A DNA stretch of 64,000 bases from Rhina ancylostomus (lineage: Eukaryota), in NCBI GenBank assembly GCA_030265395.1, contig JARFYF010000001.1:99520804-99584803 (forward strand), in the 5' to 3' direction. The notes under the pieces are model-generated. The model was not told where the DNA came from. It worked only from the letters and a program-made list of their open reading frames with translations, and searched no databases. Numbering within the stretch: position 1 is the first letter of the stretch; each line of letters begins with the position of its first letter. This document shows positions 51,236 through 64,000 of this stretch, in pieces. The translations under genes were made by a program, and so were the position numbers.

Positions 51236-53067
51236 TTCACCAGTTAGTTGTTACTAGAATGTTGCAAGATACCTAATAACTTAAAATTGCAGCCATTTCT
51301 TCCAAACATCCATTAGAAATTTCTGATTCAAATGCAGAATACAATGGACAAGCCTGTGATTTGAAACAAATAATTGTGCGGTGTTTACGTATGATTTTAT
51401 TGTATACTAAATTCTATTGTGAAAGATGAACTGCAACAGGCAGTGGGGATAACTCAGCTTCCATAATTAGTGCACGAATTACAATAACCTTAAATGTCAC
51501 ATTGCCCTGGAAGACAATTGCATAGTCGTTGTCATTAGGACACTGATAAATACCATTAAGAAATTATCTGTGGTATTCATATTGTCTACAAGACATAAAC
51601 ATATTTCACTGAAATTCTGCAGTGACATTTTCATTCTTGCCATAACTGAGTAATAATACAGAATGAAACCTACCCACAGTAAACATTTAATAAGATATTT
51701 TGCTGCTTTTCTTTAAAGCAATACTTAATGAATTATAGTTATTATAAATAACCTAATATTTGACCTAACAATTTTAAGTTGCTTAATAATAGAACTACAA
51801 ATAAAGAGAAACCATTTTCCTTTCAGTTGATTTGAGCCATCTAAAACAACATCTCGGCTGCTCAGTAATATACTTTATAACCAGTAGCAATTCTCTGCTC
51901 AAGTTAGATCATTTTCATGTGGCATTAAAGTCTGTATTATTTACACACTGTTACTCTGCTTGGAGCAACCACATTATTATAGGGTTCTTGGTCTGCAGTC
52001 TGAACACTCACACATAACCCCCTCCTCTCCCCATGAAGACATTGGTTTAGACTGCACACTGTTGTATTGTCCCATTGACTCAAGGCTCAGTGGGGAGAGT
52101 GGACAAACTCCTTCCATTGAGCCTCGAGTCGATGGGACCACCATTTTGTTGCTGAGAGGGTAATAGAGCAGCGATGGGAGGGGTTCGCCCTAGCCAACTG
52201 GCGCAGTAGTGATATCTTTCTCTATATGTATAATTCTATAATGAACACTCTTACCACCAATTACATAATGGTTTCATTCCTGGGAACACACCCTTGAGTG
52301 CTAAGTGAGGTCAAGTTTATCAGCATTAATACATCTGAAGCAGAGTCTGACTGGGTGAGATTGTCATTTTACTGCCCCATTGGTCATTTCTTTACATTTT
52401 AAGCACGAGGCAATCACAGTGGTGGAAGACAAATTGTATTCCTCATATTTAGGCACAATAATATTTTTCTTTTACACAACAGAATTTTATTACAATCTGA
52501 CTGCAAACTGCATCTCCAGGTTGTCAGTCTAGGCCCTTCACATGTATTCTGTGTTCAATATCATTAAATGATGCTCATCTGATGCCACTTACCAAAAATT
52601 CTACTGCATATGAATGGTTCAGGAAACAAAAACTGAAGCAGGTCTCAACCAAATGACCAAGGCCTACTTCAATATTAATTAAGAAGACCCAACCAGAGCT
52701 GTACAATCCAAGGTACAAATCTTCCATCAGGGATGCTTCCTCAACCCTGCAGGGTTACTCATTACCATATTCCTCTCTACTGATCTCCTCAGTCCCTCAC
52801 AGTAGTGAAATCCCTGACCTTCACTATTCAGCTCACCTAAGCTTCTGGTCATTTCCCCCAATTCCACCACTCCCCATCATTTCCTCAGTTGTGTTAATTA
52901 TGTACCCCCAACCACACACCTGCCTAGCCAACTTCATTATCTGCCCGTCACCAACTTTGTTCTCCGCACCCTCCCCAATATTTTCCCCATTCCTCCAGTC
53001 TTGCCCCTTCCGCAGATATAATCCTTTCCCTGTAGCCCCACGATCTTTCAATTGCCACCCCAATACA

Positions 53068-53149
53068 TTTTCAGATGCCACGAAGGTTGGGGGTGTTGTA
53101 GATAGTTTGGAGGGCTGTCAGAGATTAGAGGGGGACATAGATAGGATGC
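53068..53149 (+). mobile_element. CR1 RT fragment running into a 318-N gap
   Basis: FSDATKVGGVVDSLEGCQRLEGDIDRM. Confidence 0.85.
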
Positions 53150-54235
53150 NNNNNNNNNNNNNNNNNNNNNNNNNNNNNNNNNNNNNNNNNNNNNNNNNNN
53201 NNNNNNNNNNNNNNNNNNNNNNNNNNNNNNNNNNNNNNNNNNNNNNNNNNNNNNNNNNNNNNNNNNNNNNNNNNNNNNNNNNNNNNNNNNNNNNNNNNNN
53301 NNNNNNNNNNNNNNNNNNNNNNNNNNNNNNNNNNNNNNNNNNNNNNNNNNNNNNNNNNNNNNNNNNNNNNNNNNNNNNNNNNNNNNNNNNNNNNNNNNNN
53401 NNNNNNNNNNNNNNNNNNNNNNNNNNNNNNNNNNNNNNNNNNNNNNNNNNNNNNNNNNNNNNNNNNNAGAAAGAAATTGAGGGAGAAAATTGTAACCCTC
53501 ATTTTCATACAATGACAAACATCACGGCAGGACATTTGTTGATTACATCTTGTACGCGTTCAGCAAGACATCTTCACAGGTCAGATGCAAGTGAAGGTGC
53601 ATTTATGTCTAAAGATAATGGTCAATAAAACGTTCACTTTAATATCCTATTCTGTCCAATACAACTGTTGCTTTGGGAAATATGGTAGATGACAGGTAAT
53701 GTTTTAGGTGTCAAACATCTCACAGCAACCAAATATAAATAGGATCTCTAGACAGCACTAGTAAAATAAAACTAATGTTTATACTAAGTGACTTTCATAT
53801 TGCAAGGATCGGGAATACAGAAAAAAAAGTTAAAACTAAGTTGTTACAATTCAGATTTTCAAAGCATTGCTTCTTCTTTCAACAGTTTTATAGCCATTCC
53901 CACCAATGAAACTAGATCTTCTACAATCCCAGTGCTATATGCTGTGCAGATCATGAAGATCTGGCCTAACAAAAAAGGTACCGTAATCATCTTATTGGAG
54001 GTTTTTTTGTACCGGCAAGTGTTCTAGATCATTTTGGTATAGCAGCATATCAAGACATTATTACCTCAGATCTATGAAATTATTTGCAAATTAAATCACA
54101 AAGTAGATCCAACTAATAGTGATAGTAAGACTATTCTCCATGTCATGTCATATCTACAGTGCGAGAGTTGGCTGAACAAAGAGCAAGAGCCCAATCTGAC
54201 ACTGGAGTGGTGTGAACAATAAAAAAAATTAACAG

Positions 54236-54800
54236 CTTGGTTGTGAATCAGGCTATTTATCACTGACTTACATGATGTGAAATTTACTGTTTTGCAGCAA
54301 GAGTACTGTGCAAAGACAAAATTATCATAAATTACAAAAATAAATAAATAGTGCAAATAAAAAAGGAATAACAAGGTAGTGATCATGGACCATTCAGAAA
54401 TCTGATGGCAGAGGGGAAAAAGCTGTTCCTGAATCATTGAGTGTGGGTCTTCAGGCTCCTGCAACTCCTCCCTGATGGTAGTAACGTGAAGAGGGCATGT
54501 CCTGGATGGTGAGGGTCCTTAGTGATGGATGCCTCCTTCTTGAGGCACCGCCTCTTGAAGATGTCATCGATAGCAGAGAGGGTTGTGCCCTTGATGAAGC
54601 TGGCCGAGTCTACAAACCTCTGCAGCCTTTTGAGATCCTGTGCATTGGATCCTGTGAATCAACCAGTCAGAATGCTCTCCACTGTACATCTATAGAAATT
54701 TATAAGAGCTTTCGGTGACATACCAAATCTCCTCAAACTCTGAACGAAGTAGAGCTGCTGGCGTGCCTTCTTTATGATTGTATCAATGTGTGCAATATAA
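54236..54800 (-). mobile_element. Rex1/Babar-like LINE 3' end
   Basis: Reverse complement of the 58350-58910 segment (aggaacagcttttcccctctgccatcagatttctgaat). Confidence 0.85.
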
Positions 54801-54949
54801 TTGCATGGTGATCAATCCCAAAATTCATCTGCAGTGTGCAACAAATGTGGTTGCTATACAGGACTTTAAGATACATCAACCATCTGGTAGATGATCTCCT
54901 GGGACAAGTAGGAGTTGGCAAACAGGAAAGAAAGGAGCTGAGGTCAGCC

Positions 54950-56080
54950 CAAAAGGCTGGATGCAAGGCTTAAATTCTGGAAGCACATGGGATTTTCCTG
55001 CAACAAGTATGCATCCTTTGTTATTATTGTACAGTCAAGGTGCAACAATTGCCTCATCTGACAATCTGTCAGGTTCAGAAACTCCAGTTCTAAGGCATTG
55101 AAAGGTGGATGGTTCAGGAATAATTTGATCAAGACTTCCATCAATAAATTCTCTAACTTATTTTCAAAAAAGTTAGGTTTTATAACTGCAGTTATTTGGG
55201 TTCTGCGGTTTTTAAAATGCACTACTGCTCTATCTAAAATTAAACTGCGATCAATGCCAACCCATTATTCAGAGAGGGCCAGAAAACAGTTGGGAGCTAA
55301 ACAGTCCTGCAAAATCAGCTTAACCCTGGTACAGCAACTTTGTGCACAGTTCTGGATCTATTAGCACCTTTTAGGAAACCAATCTCAGTTTTGGCAGGAT
55401 TTTCATTATCCTTAGCAATTTCCACCAGTTTAAAGCTTGTCCAAGAGACATTAACAGTGGTGCAACTCAAAATTCATCTGCTGTGAGATCATCAAACTCA
55501 CTGTTTTGACAAACAACAGTTGTTGTTTATTCAGAGAATAACCAACCTGTATGAAACTCATTTCTCCCAAAGCTGTGGTACTCAGAAGGGCCAACACTCA
55601 AACGTCATTATTCATCATCACTGAGATATCTGACCTACAACCTTAATAAATCAACTCAAATTCAAGGCAAGTACCAAAATGTTTTGCCTATTGAGGCCAA
55701 GGTCATGCAAATTCTCAGCTTCCAAGCCTCAAGGTCAATCCAGGCTGCTGTCGTTGATCTCTCCAACATCTCAGTTTGTTGTTCTTCCTGTTCATCCGGA
55801 GGAGATTTCATTTACTCTTCCTTCAGCCTCCAGGAACAGGCAGAGTGGGCATAGATATTTTCCCAAATTGTAAGCTTCCCCAAAGTGTTCATGTAGTATC
55901 ACTCTTTGTAGTGACCTCCCTGGCGACCTCCTGCCAACGGTCCCTGGCTGTGGCCCTGCTGTGTCCCTTTCCACCAAGGATATGAATCTTGTGGGCAATG
56001 TCCTTCACCAGCTAGTTCAGGTCCTTCTGACCTCTTTGGGATGCTTTCCCATCTCTGCAGCATCCATTCAATTGGGCTCC
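54950..56080 (-). mobile_element. Possible decayed PIF/Harbinger transposon (Myb/SANT-like ORF plus transposase N-terminus-like segment)
   Basis: 55870-56040 translates KDLN*LVKDIAHKIHILGGKG…RDRWQEVAREVTTKSDTT*T. ~55000-55090 gives FLNLTDCQMRQLLHLDCTIITKDAYLLQE. Confidence 0.45.
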
Positions 56081-56839
56081 ATGGCTAGAACAGTGTTGCT
56101 TATATTATGGCATGTTCCTTTAGGAGCTGGCTGCAAAGATCGCACCAGGTGGGTTACATACTGGCAACTGCAAGGCCTACCAACCCATCAACAGGGAAAA
56201 CAGTGCTGAATCTGCAATGCCAGCTACAAGGGAAACCTTACAACGATGTTCAGCCACTCTCACAACTGAAGCTCCCACCTCTTCATGCAGCTTTCACAAA
56301 CAGCGTGAAGTTGGACTGAAACACTCAATACCAAACAAGAATAATGTAGAGTAAATTCTACACCAGGCATTTTCTTTGGTGCCTCTCACTGCCACCATAT
56401 TGGTGATGCTGAAATTTTTTTGTACAAGTCTGCAGGATTCCAACCATTCTCTCTCTCACTCACTCCTCCCTNNNNNNNNNNNNNNNNNNNNNNNNNNNNN
56501 NNNNNNNNNNNNNNNNNNNNNNNNNNNNNNNNNNNNNNATTAATATATTTTGGTTTTGTACAAATACATTGGGGATTAAACAGGGATTACATCATACCAT
56601 TAACCTCTGGGCATTCAGAATAATGAAGACAATGCAAGTTTGCTGCCTGTTAATTATAAAAGCCTGGATTCTACGGTTGTAATGAGAGCGCTGGTTTCAT
56701 GGTGGGATGATTTCAATGACATCTGGAAAAGGAACATTGCTCAGTTATGTAGAAATCTAAAAGCCATTGTGAGTGACTGCTTGCTCCTACACTGGGGGCG
56801 CAGCCAGTCTTCTCCAACACTGACAGATTACTCAGTTGT

Positions 56840-57175
56840 TGGAGCTGCACAATGGCACAGCAGTTAGTGCTGCTGCCTCAAGAGCCCCAGGGACCTGGGT
56901 TTGATCCAGATCGCTGGTGCTTTGTGTGGAGTTTGCACGTTCTCCCTGTGATCGCACAGCTTTCTCCTGGGCATCCTGGTTTCCGCCCACATCCAAAAGG
57001 TGTGCTGGTTGCCTGATTAATTCAATACTCTAAATTACCCCTGGTGATGAGATGGTAGGAAGGCGAGGGTGAAGTTCATGGGCATGTGAGAAGGAATAGG
57101 CTACAGAGGAATAAATGGAGGAAGGAAATTGATGGGCGTGGTCCGAGAGCCAGCATAGACTCAATGGCCTCCTCC
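56840..57175 (+). mobile_element. V-SINE (older subfamily)
   Basis: gcacaatggcacagcagttagtgctgctgcctca…gacctgggtttgatcc…ggagtttgcacgttctccctgtg. Confidence 0.85.
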
Positions 57176-57842
57176 TCCTAAGCAAATGACCCACATGAGA
57201 AATATTCAAAAATTATAATTGTAAAATACTTTGAAAATATTATGCTTTGTAGCATAGCTGTAAGTGACTTTTTAAATGCTGCCCCAAGCAAATCAGATAG
57301 GTGGTAAGAAAAAAAGTTGTTATAATCCTCAGTTACAAGAAATTTATGATTGATTATAAATTCTACCTTAATCTTGCACATCTTACAAACTTCAATTTGC
57401 ACTCTGGTAAATATTTCAACTATTGGCTAAAATTGTGATTTTTACTTTTTTGTTTGCAGTCTGAAAATCCTTCAAAGTAATTGGCTCTGTAGGCATACAG
57501 AATGCATGGAATCCTTCAGAATCAAAGTCAGGACAAATACCATTGATGTGTGGTATTTACTAATGTTAATACCTCCTGCATTGGTCATTGACTGGACAGT
57601 TCAGCAGAGGGCAACATCATGATCAGCACCAGATAAAGTTTGCTTGCACTCTGAAAGCTCATGTGCACCTCTTAAAGACACACACCTTTTCCCAGCACTA
57701 TTGCAGACACATTCTACCACTGAAGCTGATCTGACAAACACTGAAAAATAGTGCTCCAAGTGTGGTCTCACCATTCATAGCAAGACTTCCCAACTTTTAT
57801 ACTCCATTGCCCTGCTGTAGAGGCCAAAGTTTCATTCATCTT

Positions 57843-58910
57843 CATGTTCAATACCATCATCTCCTCAGTACTAATGACCAAGCTTCAAAACCTGGGCCTC
57901 TGTACCTCCCTTGGCATCTGGATCCTTGACTTCCTTATTGGGAGATCACAGTCAGTGTGGATCGGTAATAACATCTCCTCCTTGCTGACTATCAACACAG
58001 GCGCACCTCAAGGATGTGTGCTTAGCCCACTGCTCTACCCCCTCTACACTCATGACTGGCTCAGCACAGCTCAAACACTATCTATAAATTCACCGATGAC
58101 ACCACTGTTGTTGATAGAATCTCAGATGGCAATGAGAAGTCTTACAGGAGTGAAATAGATGAGTGGTGTTGCAACAACAACTTCACACTCAAGATCAGCA
58201 AGACAAAGGAACTGATGGTGGACTTCAGGAAGGGGCGGTCAGGAGAACACACACCACTCCTCATTGAGGGGTCAGTGATGGAAATGGTGAGCAGCTTCAA
58301 GTTCCTGGACATTGACGTCTCAGAGGATCTATCCTGGGCCCAACATATTGATGCAATGATGAAGAAGCCATGCCAGTGGCTCTACTTTATTAGGAGTTTG
58401 AGGAGATTTGATATGTCACCAAAGACTTACGAATTTCTATAGATGCACAGTGGAGAGCATTCTGACTGTTTGCATCACCGCCTGGTATGGAGNNNNNNNN
58501 NNNNNNNNNNNNNNNNNNNNNNNNNNNNNNNNNNNNTTAGCCAACTCCATCACGGGCACAACACTCCCCACCATCGAGGCCATCTTCAAGAGACAGAGCC
58601 TCAAGAAGGCAGCATCCATCATTAAGGATCCTCACCATCCAAGATGTGCCCTCTTCTCATTACTACCATTGGGGAGGAGGTACAGGAGCCTGAGAACCCA
58701 AACTCAGGAACAAGACAATTCAGGAACAGCTTCCACCCCTCCACCATCAGATTTCTGAACGATCCACAAACACTCCCTCATTATTCTTTTTTTTTGCACT
58801 ATTTATTTATATTTGTAATTCATAGATTCTTATGTCTTTGCACTGTGTACTGCTGCTGCAAAACGAATTTCACGTCATATAAGTCAGCGATTATAAATCT
58901 GATTCTGAAT
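57843..58910 (+). mobile_element. Rex1/Babar-like LINE (RT C-half plus 3' end)
   Basis: WILDFLIGRSQSV…TINTGAPQGCVLSPLLYPLYTHD, KFTDDTTV, VDFRKG…SFKFL, FYRCTVESILTVCITAWYG, AASIIKDPHHP; tail aaatctgattctga. Confidence 0.92.
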
Positions 58911-60084
58911 TACTTGCTGTGCAACTTCCAAGCTTGGAGCAAGATTGCAGATTGGCAGGCTTTCCACTTTTTCTAGTGAACCTCTGAATAGACTCCCAGC
59001 AAAAGCAACCAATGCTCTATTGATTAGTACCTTCCAGAAGGAGATAATAAGCATCCAGTATTGTGGATTGGTTAACACAATAGTATAAACTTCCCGACAA
59101 TAACTAATGATTGCTGAGTTGCTACAGCCGAGTTAGATTGTTATTTCTGGAGAGCAGCAATTTAGTAATAGAGCTGTGGGGGAAAAAAATGAATATTGCA
59201 TGGTTTTGCTTCATTATCTCTGGGCACCTTGAAGTATTTATACACCAGTTTCTCCTCAGGAAATTAAATCGGAGAAGTATGTGTGATGGGATAGATTGTG
59301 CATGGTTTGTAAAGGGAGAAGACTTTATTGGTCAATGCTCTTTCCTTAGCCAATGCTTCATTATGTTGTCATGTTCTTTTGTAAAGGAATTAATCGTTGT
59401 GATTGTCTGCACAAACTGCCAAAATTTATTCTCCTGGATTATTAATATAAACATGAATGTGTAATATGTATCTTGGTTTCTCACTTGCAGTTCTGATAAG
59501 CAAAGATCAATTTATAAAACAGCATTTCCTGTGTATTACCGTTTCCACCTAGAAATATGAACATAGGAATATTGCGGGCACACAAAGTCATTACCAGCGA
59601 CATTATCCCATCCAGTGTCCTGAGCATTGATCCTCTCTACCACTGGCATATTGTGCGCTAATCAACAAAACACACTGCAGTTACTTACCCAGCTACTTTG
59701 GCAGCTCCTCCTAAAATCACATCTACCACTGAGGACAAGAGCAACATGGGAACACCACCACTTGGAAATTCCCTCACATTATTCTGATTAGAAATGTATC
59801 ATATTCCTTCATTGGTGTTGGGTCCAAATCGTTGAAGCCCCTATCCAAGTATCATGACAGTATCATTCAATGTATTCAAACAACAAGTGAAAACACACAC
59901 AATTCAGTAGTTAAAACAAGTGTCGGTCCGCAATTGCTGATAACGCCACTAGATAACACTGCTGATATTATCAGCACCAGTGGGTGAATAATGCAAATAA
60001 AAAGGGAGGAACCATTTCTATTTGCATTATTCACCCACTGGTTGCTGATAACAAATCGGGTCACGACAGCTAGAAATGAGAGCA

Positions 60085-60178
60085 ACAAACAATGTACTGG
60101 AGGAATTCAGCAAGTTGAGCAGCATCATTGGGAGGAAAGGAATTGTTGATGTTTTAGGTTGAAACCCTGCATCAGGGC
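60085..60178 (-). mobile_element. Penelope-like terminal fragment (second subfamily)
   Basis: Minus strand reads CTGATGC agggtttcaacct AAAA catcaac…atgctgctcaacttgctgaattcctccag. Confidence 0.6.
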
Positions 60179-60399
60179 TGGATGGAATTTCGAGAGACTG
60201 AAGTCAAGTGGAAGGGTGAAGAAGTCCAGAGAGAGATTTGGCAGTCTGGAGTCGGGCGATAGAGATAGGTCCTAGTGATTAGTGCATTTAATTGCATCTC
60301 TGACCTCCTAGTTTAGATGAGGAGATACGCAAAACAAGTCACGAGTCCAATACCACCAAAAAAAAATGCAAGACTATTGAAGATCATGTGCATCAATGC

Positions 60400-61600
60400 T
60401 CATTCTCAATCTTGAAGTTGCTGCTCGAGATGTGGAAGTATCCATAAGCACTGCTTCTGTCCACATGGAATGTTCATTTATGACATTTTCCCTATAAATC
60501 GATGAGCGAAATTCACACTTATCCTCAACCATAGCTTGTTCAGCCATGGGCTGACACTAGCCATTGATGGATTCCTGCAAACCTCCTATCATTGTTTCCA
60601 TCCCTTCATAGAGTCCCCCAACTGTTTGTCTAGTCCAGATCATCAATCAAAGCTTAAGGTAAATTGCTCGTCATGAGATTTACCTGAATGGAATCCATTA
60701 GCATCTATGTTGTTGCAGGCATTCTGAAGCAACAAGGACATCTGTAATTTCCTCTAGTGATTGGTGCCTGAAGGTACAAGACAACCACACACGTGCTTCT
60801 TGGAATTGCAGTACAGCTTTAAGATTCCCCTCATGTGCCTGCTGTCTTCTAGACACCAGTATGTCACCTGTGACACCTTGCAGACTACCATCCTCTGGAA
60901 AATGCCTGGAGCAGATGCTATCCCAAATAAAAGTCTGTTCTATTGGATAATTCAATAGGTCAGTGNNNNNNNNNNNNNNNNNNNNNNNNNNNNNNNNNNN
61001 NNNNNNNNNNNNNNNNNNNNNNNNNNNNNNNNNNNNNNNNNNNNNNNNNNNNNNNNNNNNNNNNNNNNNNNNNNNNNNNNNNNNNNNNNNNNNNNNNNNN
61101 NNNNNNNCTTCAAGCAGAGTTCAGCTGTCCGCTTCAAATATGCAGTTTCATTTAGATGCTGCTTCCAGCTGTTAAACTTTTACCATTGAGCTATAGGATT
61201 GGGGGGGGAGGGGGGGAAGGTGGGGAGAAAGAGGAGCAGGTGCTAAGACTCATTCTGTGCAACTTGCTTAACCAGTCCTTGAAATGCCCCCTGCTTTGGC
61301 TAGAATCTGCAATGTTTGTTTTATCAATTTGTGCATCCTCGCAAATATAGGAGAGAGGAAAATGGACATTACAGAAGAAGTTATTTACAGTGATCCTTAC
61401 CGTATCAATCGAGAATCCTACTAATTTACTAAAAGAGTCTAAAAATTCCAGTTGTAGTCATCTTGTCCCAATTATGCCACAAAAGCAACTATCGTTACCA
61501 TGAAAGTCTGTATCAGTGAAGTTTCGCTCAATCTCAGTAAACAATCCCATTCTACAGTTCCAGAACCCCAAGATCTCCCAGAAGGTAAAACTTAAGCAAT
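60400..61600 (-). mobile_element. Decayed Ty3/Gypsy pol remnant
   Basis: SLQGVTGDILVSRRQQAHEGNLKAVLQFQEAR (RT DDIL region) and a KCEF motif at ~60510. The right-hand boundary is uncertain. Confidence 0.7.
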
Positions 61601-64000
61601 GAAAACATCCTGAACCAGTCTTCATTCATTGTCATCACCAGTTATCATGAAGTAACCATTCAATATATTCAAGCAGGATAAAAACTCATGATTCAGCAGT
61701 TCAAATATTGCTAGGCATTGCAGACATCATTTTTGTAGGTGTTAGTCATCCAATAGAGCGCATTGATAACAACAACAGGTTATATACACAGGCGCTAGTT
61801 CCCTAAAGGTTTATCACTACAACGTTACTGGAGTTCCATCATCATCAGAAGGACTAGGTTCAAGGTGGTGTTTCACCATTACCTTCTCAAAGGTCATTTA
61901 GGGAATCGGCAATAATTGCTTGCCATGCCCAAATCTTACAAAAAGAAATTTCAAACATTTACAAAATAGTGTAGGTAACAAGTTGTAATTGAGTTCTGCT
62001 AATGAATGACTTATGTAGCATTAGATTTTCCTCTAGTGCAAAATCAATACCTTTCCTGCAGTTTTATTCATTAACTGGCAAAGGAACATTCAGATTATAA
62101 TATCACTTTCACCACCTGCAACAACTCAGTGTTTATTATGTGATACATACAAAGGATAATACATTTCCCTCTAATCCCCTGTCAAAAACTATATGGTGGT
62201 ACAACTTGTCCTATACCACAAATACAACAAACCTTCGGACAAGTCCTACATCATTACACTGACCTTCCTTCAGGTTACACATTATGAACCTTTTGAAGTG
62301 TGGCACTGCAGTCATAAGAAACAAAAACTTGTTAAGAAAATGTCACTGGCTTGTCGGCAGTTCAATCATTAAGTGATGTTTCCCATTGAATCGATAGCAG
62401 TGATGCAATCCCTAGGTTAAGGTGATGGAAACAAACTATGACCATCACTTGTGCTGTTTCTGTTATGTTATGAATCACTTGAGCAGAAATACTACCTCGT
62501 AGTGAAGTTAGCTGCATCCCTTATCCTTTATCCCACACAAAAGAAAAGTGGTCAGGATTTATTTGTGCCACATTAATTAAAATCAGAATCAATCTGGAAA
62601 ATAAATATTAAAGATTACCTATCAGGAGTTCAGCAACACAGCTATCAACATTTTTGTTCTTAAAATTTGGATTATTGCTCACAGATGTTGAATATCCACA
62701 CCTCATACATAGATATTTGAATGCAAATTAATTGAACCCAAGCAACAAATCATTGGATTGTGAGTGCCAATTAATAACAGCATAAGCAAGTAATCACATC
62801 CTGTCGTAATCAACACACATCTGTTTCAGAGAACTGCTATCTTGCTTTACTATGCAAATGCACACAGAGTTGGTTTTCCCTGTTGTACAGTTATTTACCA
62901 ACCACCTGTTTTTCAACAGTTAATTCAGCATTCACTCTCTGTTTTCCTCCACAGCTCTGGGTTCTGACACTGGCTTCATAGGAGACACATCAACCCCATG
63001 GGAACAAGTTGCGCTTTAGTGTAAGTGTTCTTCTGGCAACACAGTCTGCTTTCAGCAACAGCATCTTGACTATCAAGAGGCCATGGAAGATTTTGGGTAA
63101 TCAGACCTTAATGTTTCCAAGTTGTATTGTAAAGAAACATGTTTTGCCAACTTTAATATTTCATGCATCTTTTTATGCTGCACCAGCCAATGAGCTCAAC
63201 AAAGCATTTCTTAATTTTAACATGGGTGTTACAAGAAGCTGTGAGCAGTGTACTTACAGAATCTCAATGGTGTTACAGCACATTTTAACCAGAAGCTATC
63301 AAGTATTTGCAATATGAACATTTTAGGAGTCAAAGGGTTTTTCTTTTAAATAAGCAGCAGAACTTTGCACACAGCATCAAATAAAATTCTCAGGATCTGC
63401 AAAATACAAGTGTATTTTATCCACGTGGCACTCTGAAGGCAGAACAGGTGACATGGCTAGGATTTGCCCATGCAATACCATCCTCTCTTTTGATTACAGC
63501 TCATGTAGTGTTTTCTCATTTAGGCAATGGGTTATAGAACCAAACAGCTCAACCATCTGCCGTGGCCAGCTCATGTAAACCCTGAGAAACAGACTATTTC
63601 TGTCCCAAGAATTAAGAGGTGATATCTGATCTAAACACTGAAGCAGGATTCAAGAACAACACAGAAACCCAAAGTAGACAAGGTAAGACAGTCTCTGTTG
63701 TTTATGATAGCCAAGTTTACACTAATATGAGTTGCTGTGGTCTATGATCTCCAGCATCACATGACAATGTTTATCTAGGACGCTACTGTGCAAGAGGAAT
63801 TTTCCTTCTGTATAATCTTTTACTTAATTTTTCTTTTCTTGTTTATTCAGTTAATTGGTGTATTGTACAAATTATAACCTCACTCCACTGCAGGTTTCAG
63901 GAGAGTTTAAGCATGTGAAAGGTACTTGAGCATTTTTTTAAACTTACATTTATTCAGTACACCTAAATGAGGTTCAATTTAATAGGCCTCATTTAAATAG

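Noticed and set aside
52891-53628. 245-aa ORF and the other X-containing ORFs
   Set aside because: Their length is inflated by N runs.
1-64000. CRISPR arrays, operons or other prokaryotic systems; COP1 or ASTN1 exons expected from synteny
   Set aside because: There is no repeat-spacer periodicity or gene-dense region, and I recognised no peptide matching those neighbouring genes. Short exons could have been missed.

Overview
This is eukaryotic genomic DNA, AT-rich and CpG-depleted, with many N gaps. The repeat families (HE1/V-SINEs, CR1/HER1-like, Rex1-like, L2 and RTE LINEs, Penelope-derived hairpins, Gypsy remnants) point to a cartilaginous fish, probably an elasmobranch (inference). The only protein-coding sequence I recognise is one minus-strand exon of pappalysin-2 (PAPPA2, about 8341-8717), covering the start of the protease domain plus LNR1/LNR2, with a canonical GT donor. 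Its homology stops abruptly at about 8717, with no gap at the junction. The LamG-encoding 5' part, which lies in the same exon in human PAPPA/PAPPA2, is not visible anywhere in the remaining 55 kb, but a frame-compatible acceptor sits at the break. The rest is intronic or intergenic and dominated by decayed transposons, so nearly all ORFs in the supplied track are spurious or TE fragments. The main points of interest are the truncated PAPPA2 exon, Penelope-type hammerhead-ribozyme cores in several copies, a microsatellite-bearing solo-LTR family with 4-bp TSDs, V-SINEs with two different LINE-like tails, a Harbinger-like Myb fossil and a few plus-strand candidate exons. I found no prokaryotic-type system (CRISPR, operons). 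All homology calls come from recalled family motifs, not database searches, and repeat boundaries are approximate.
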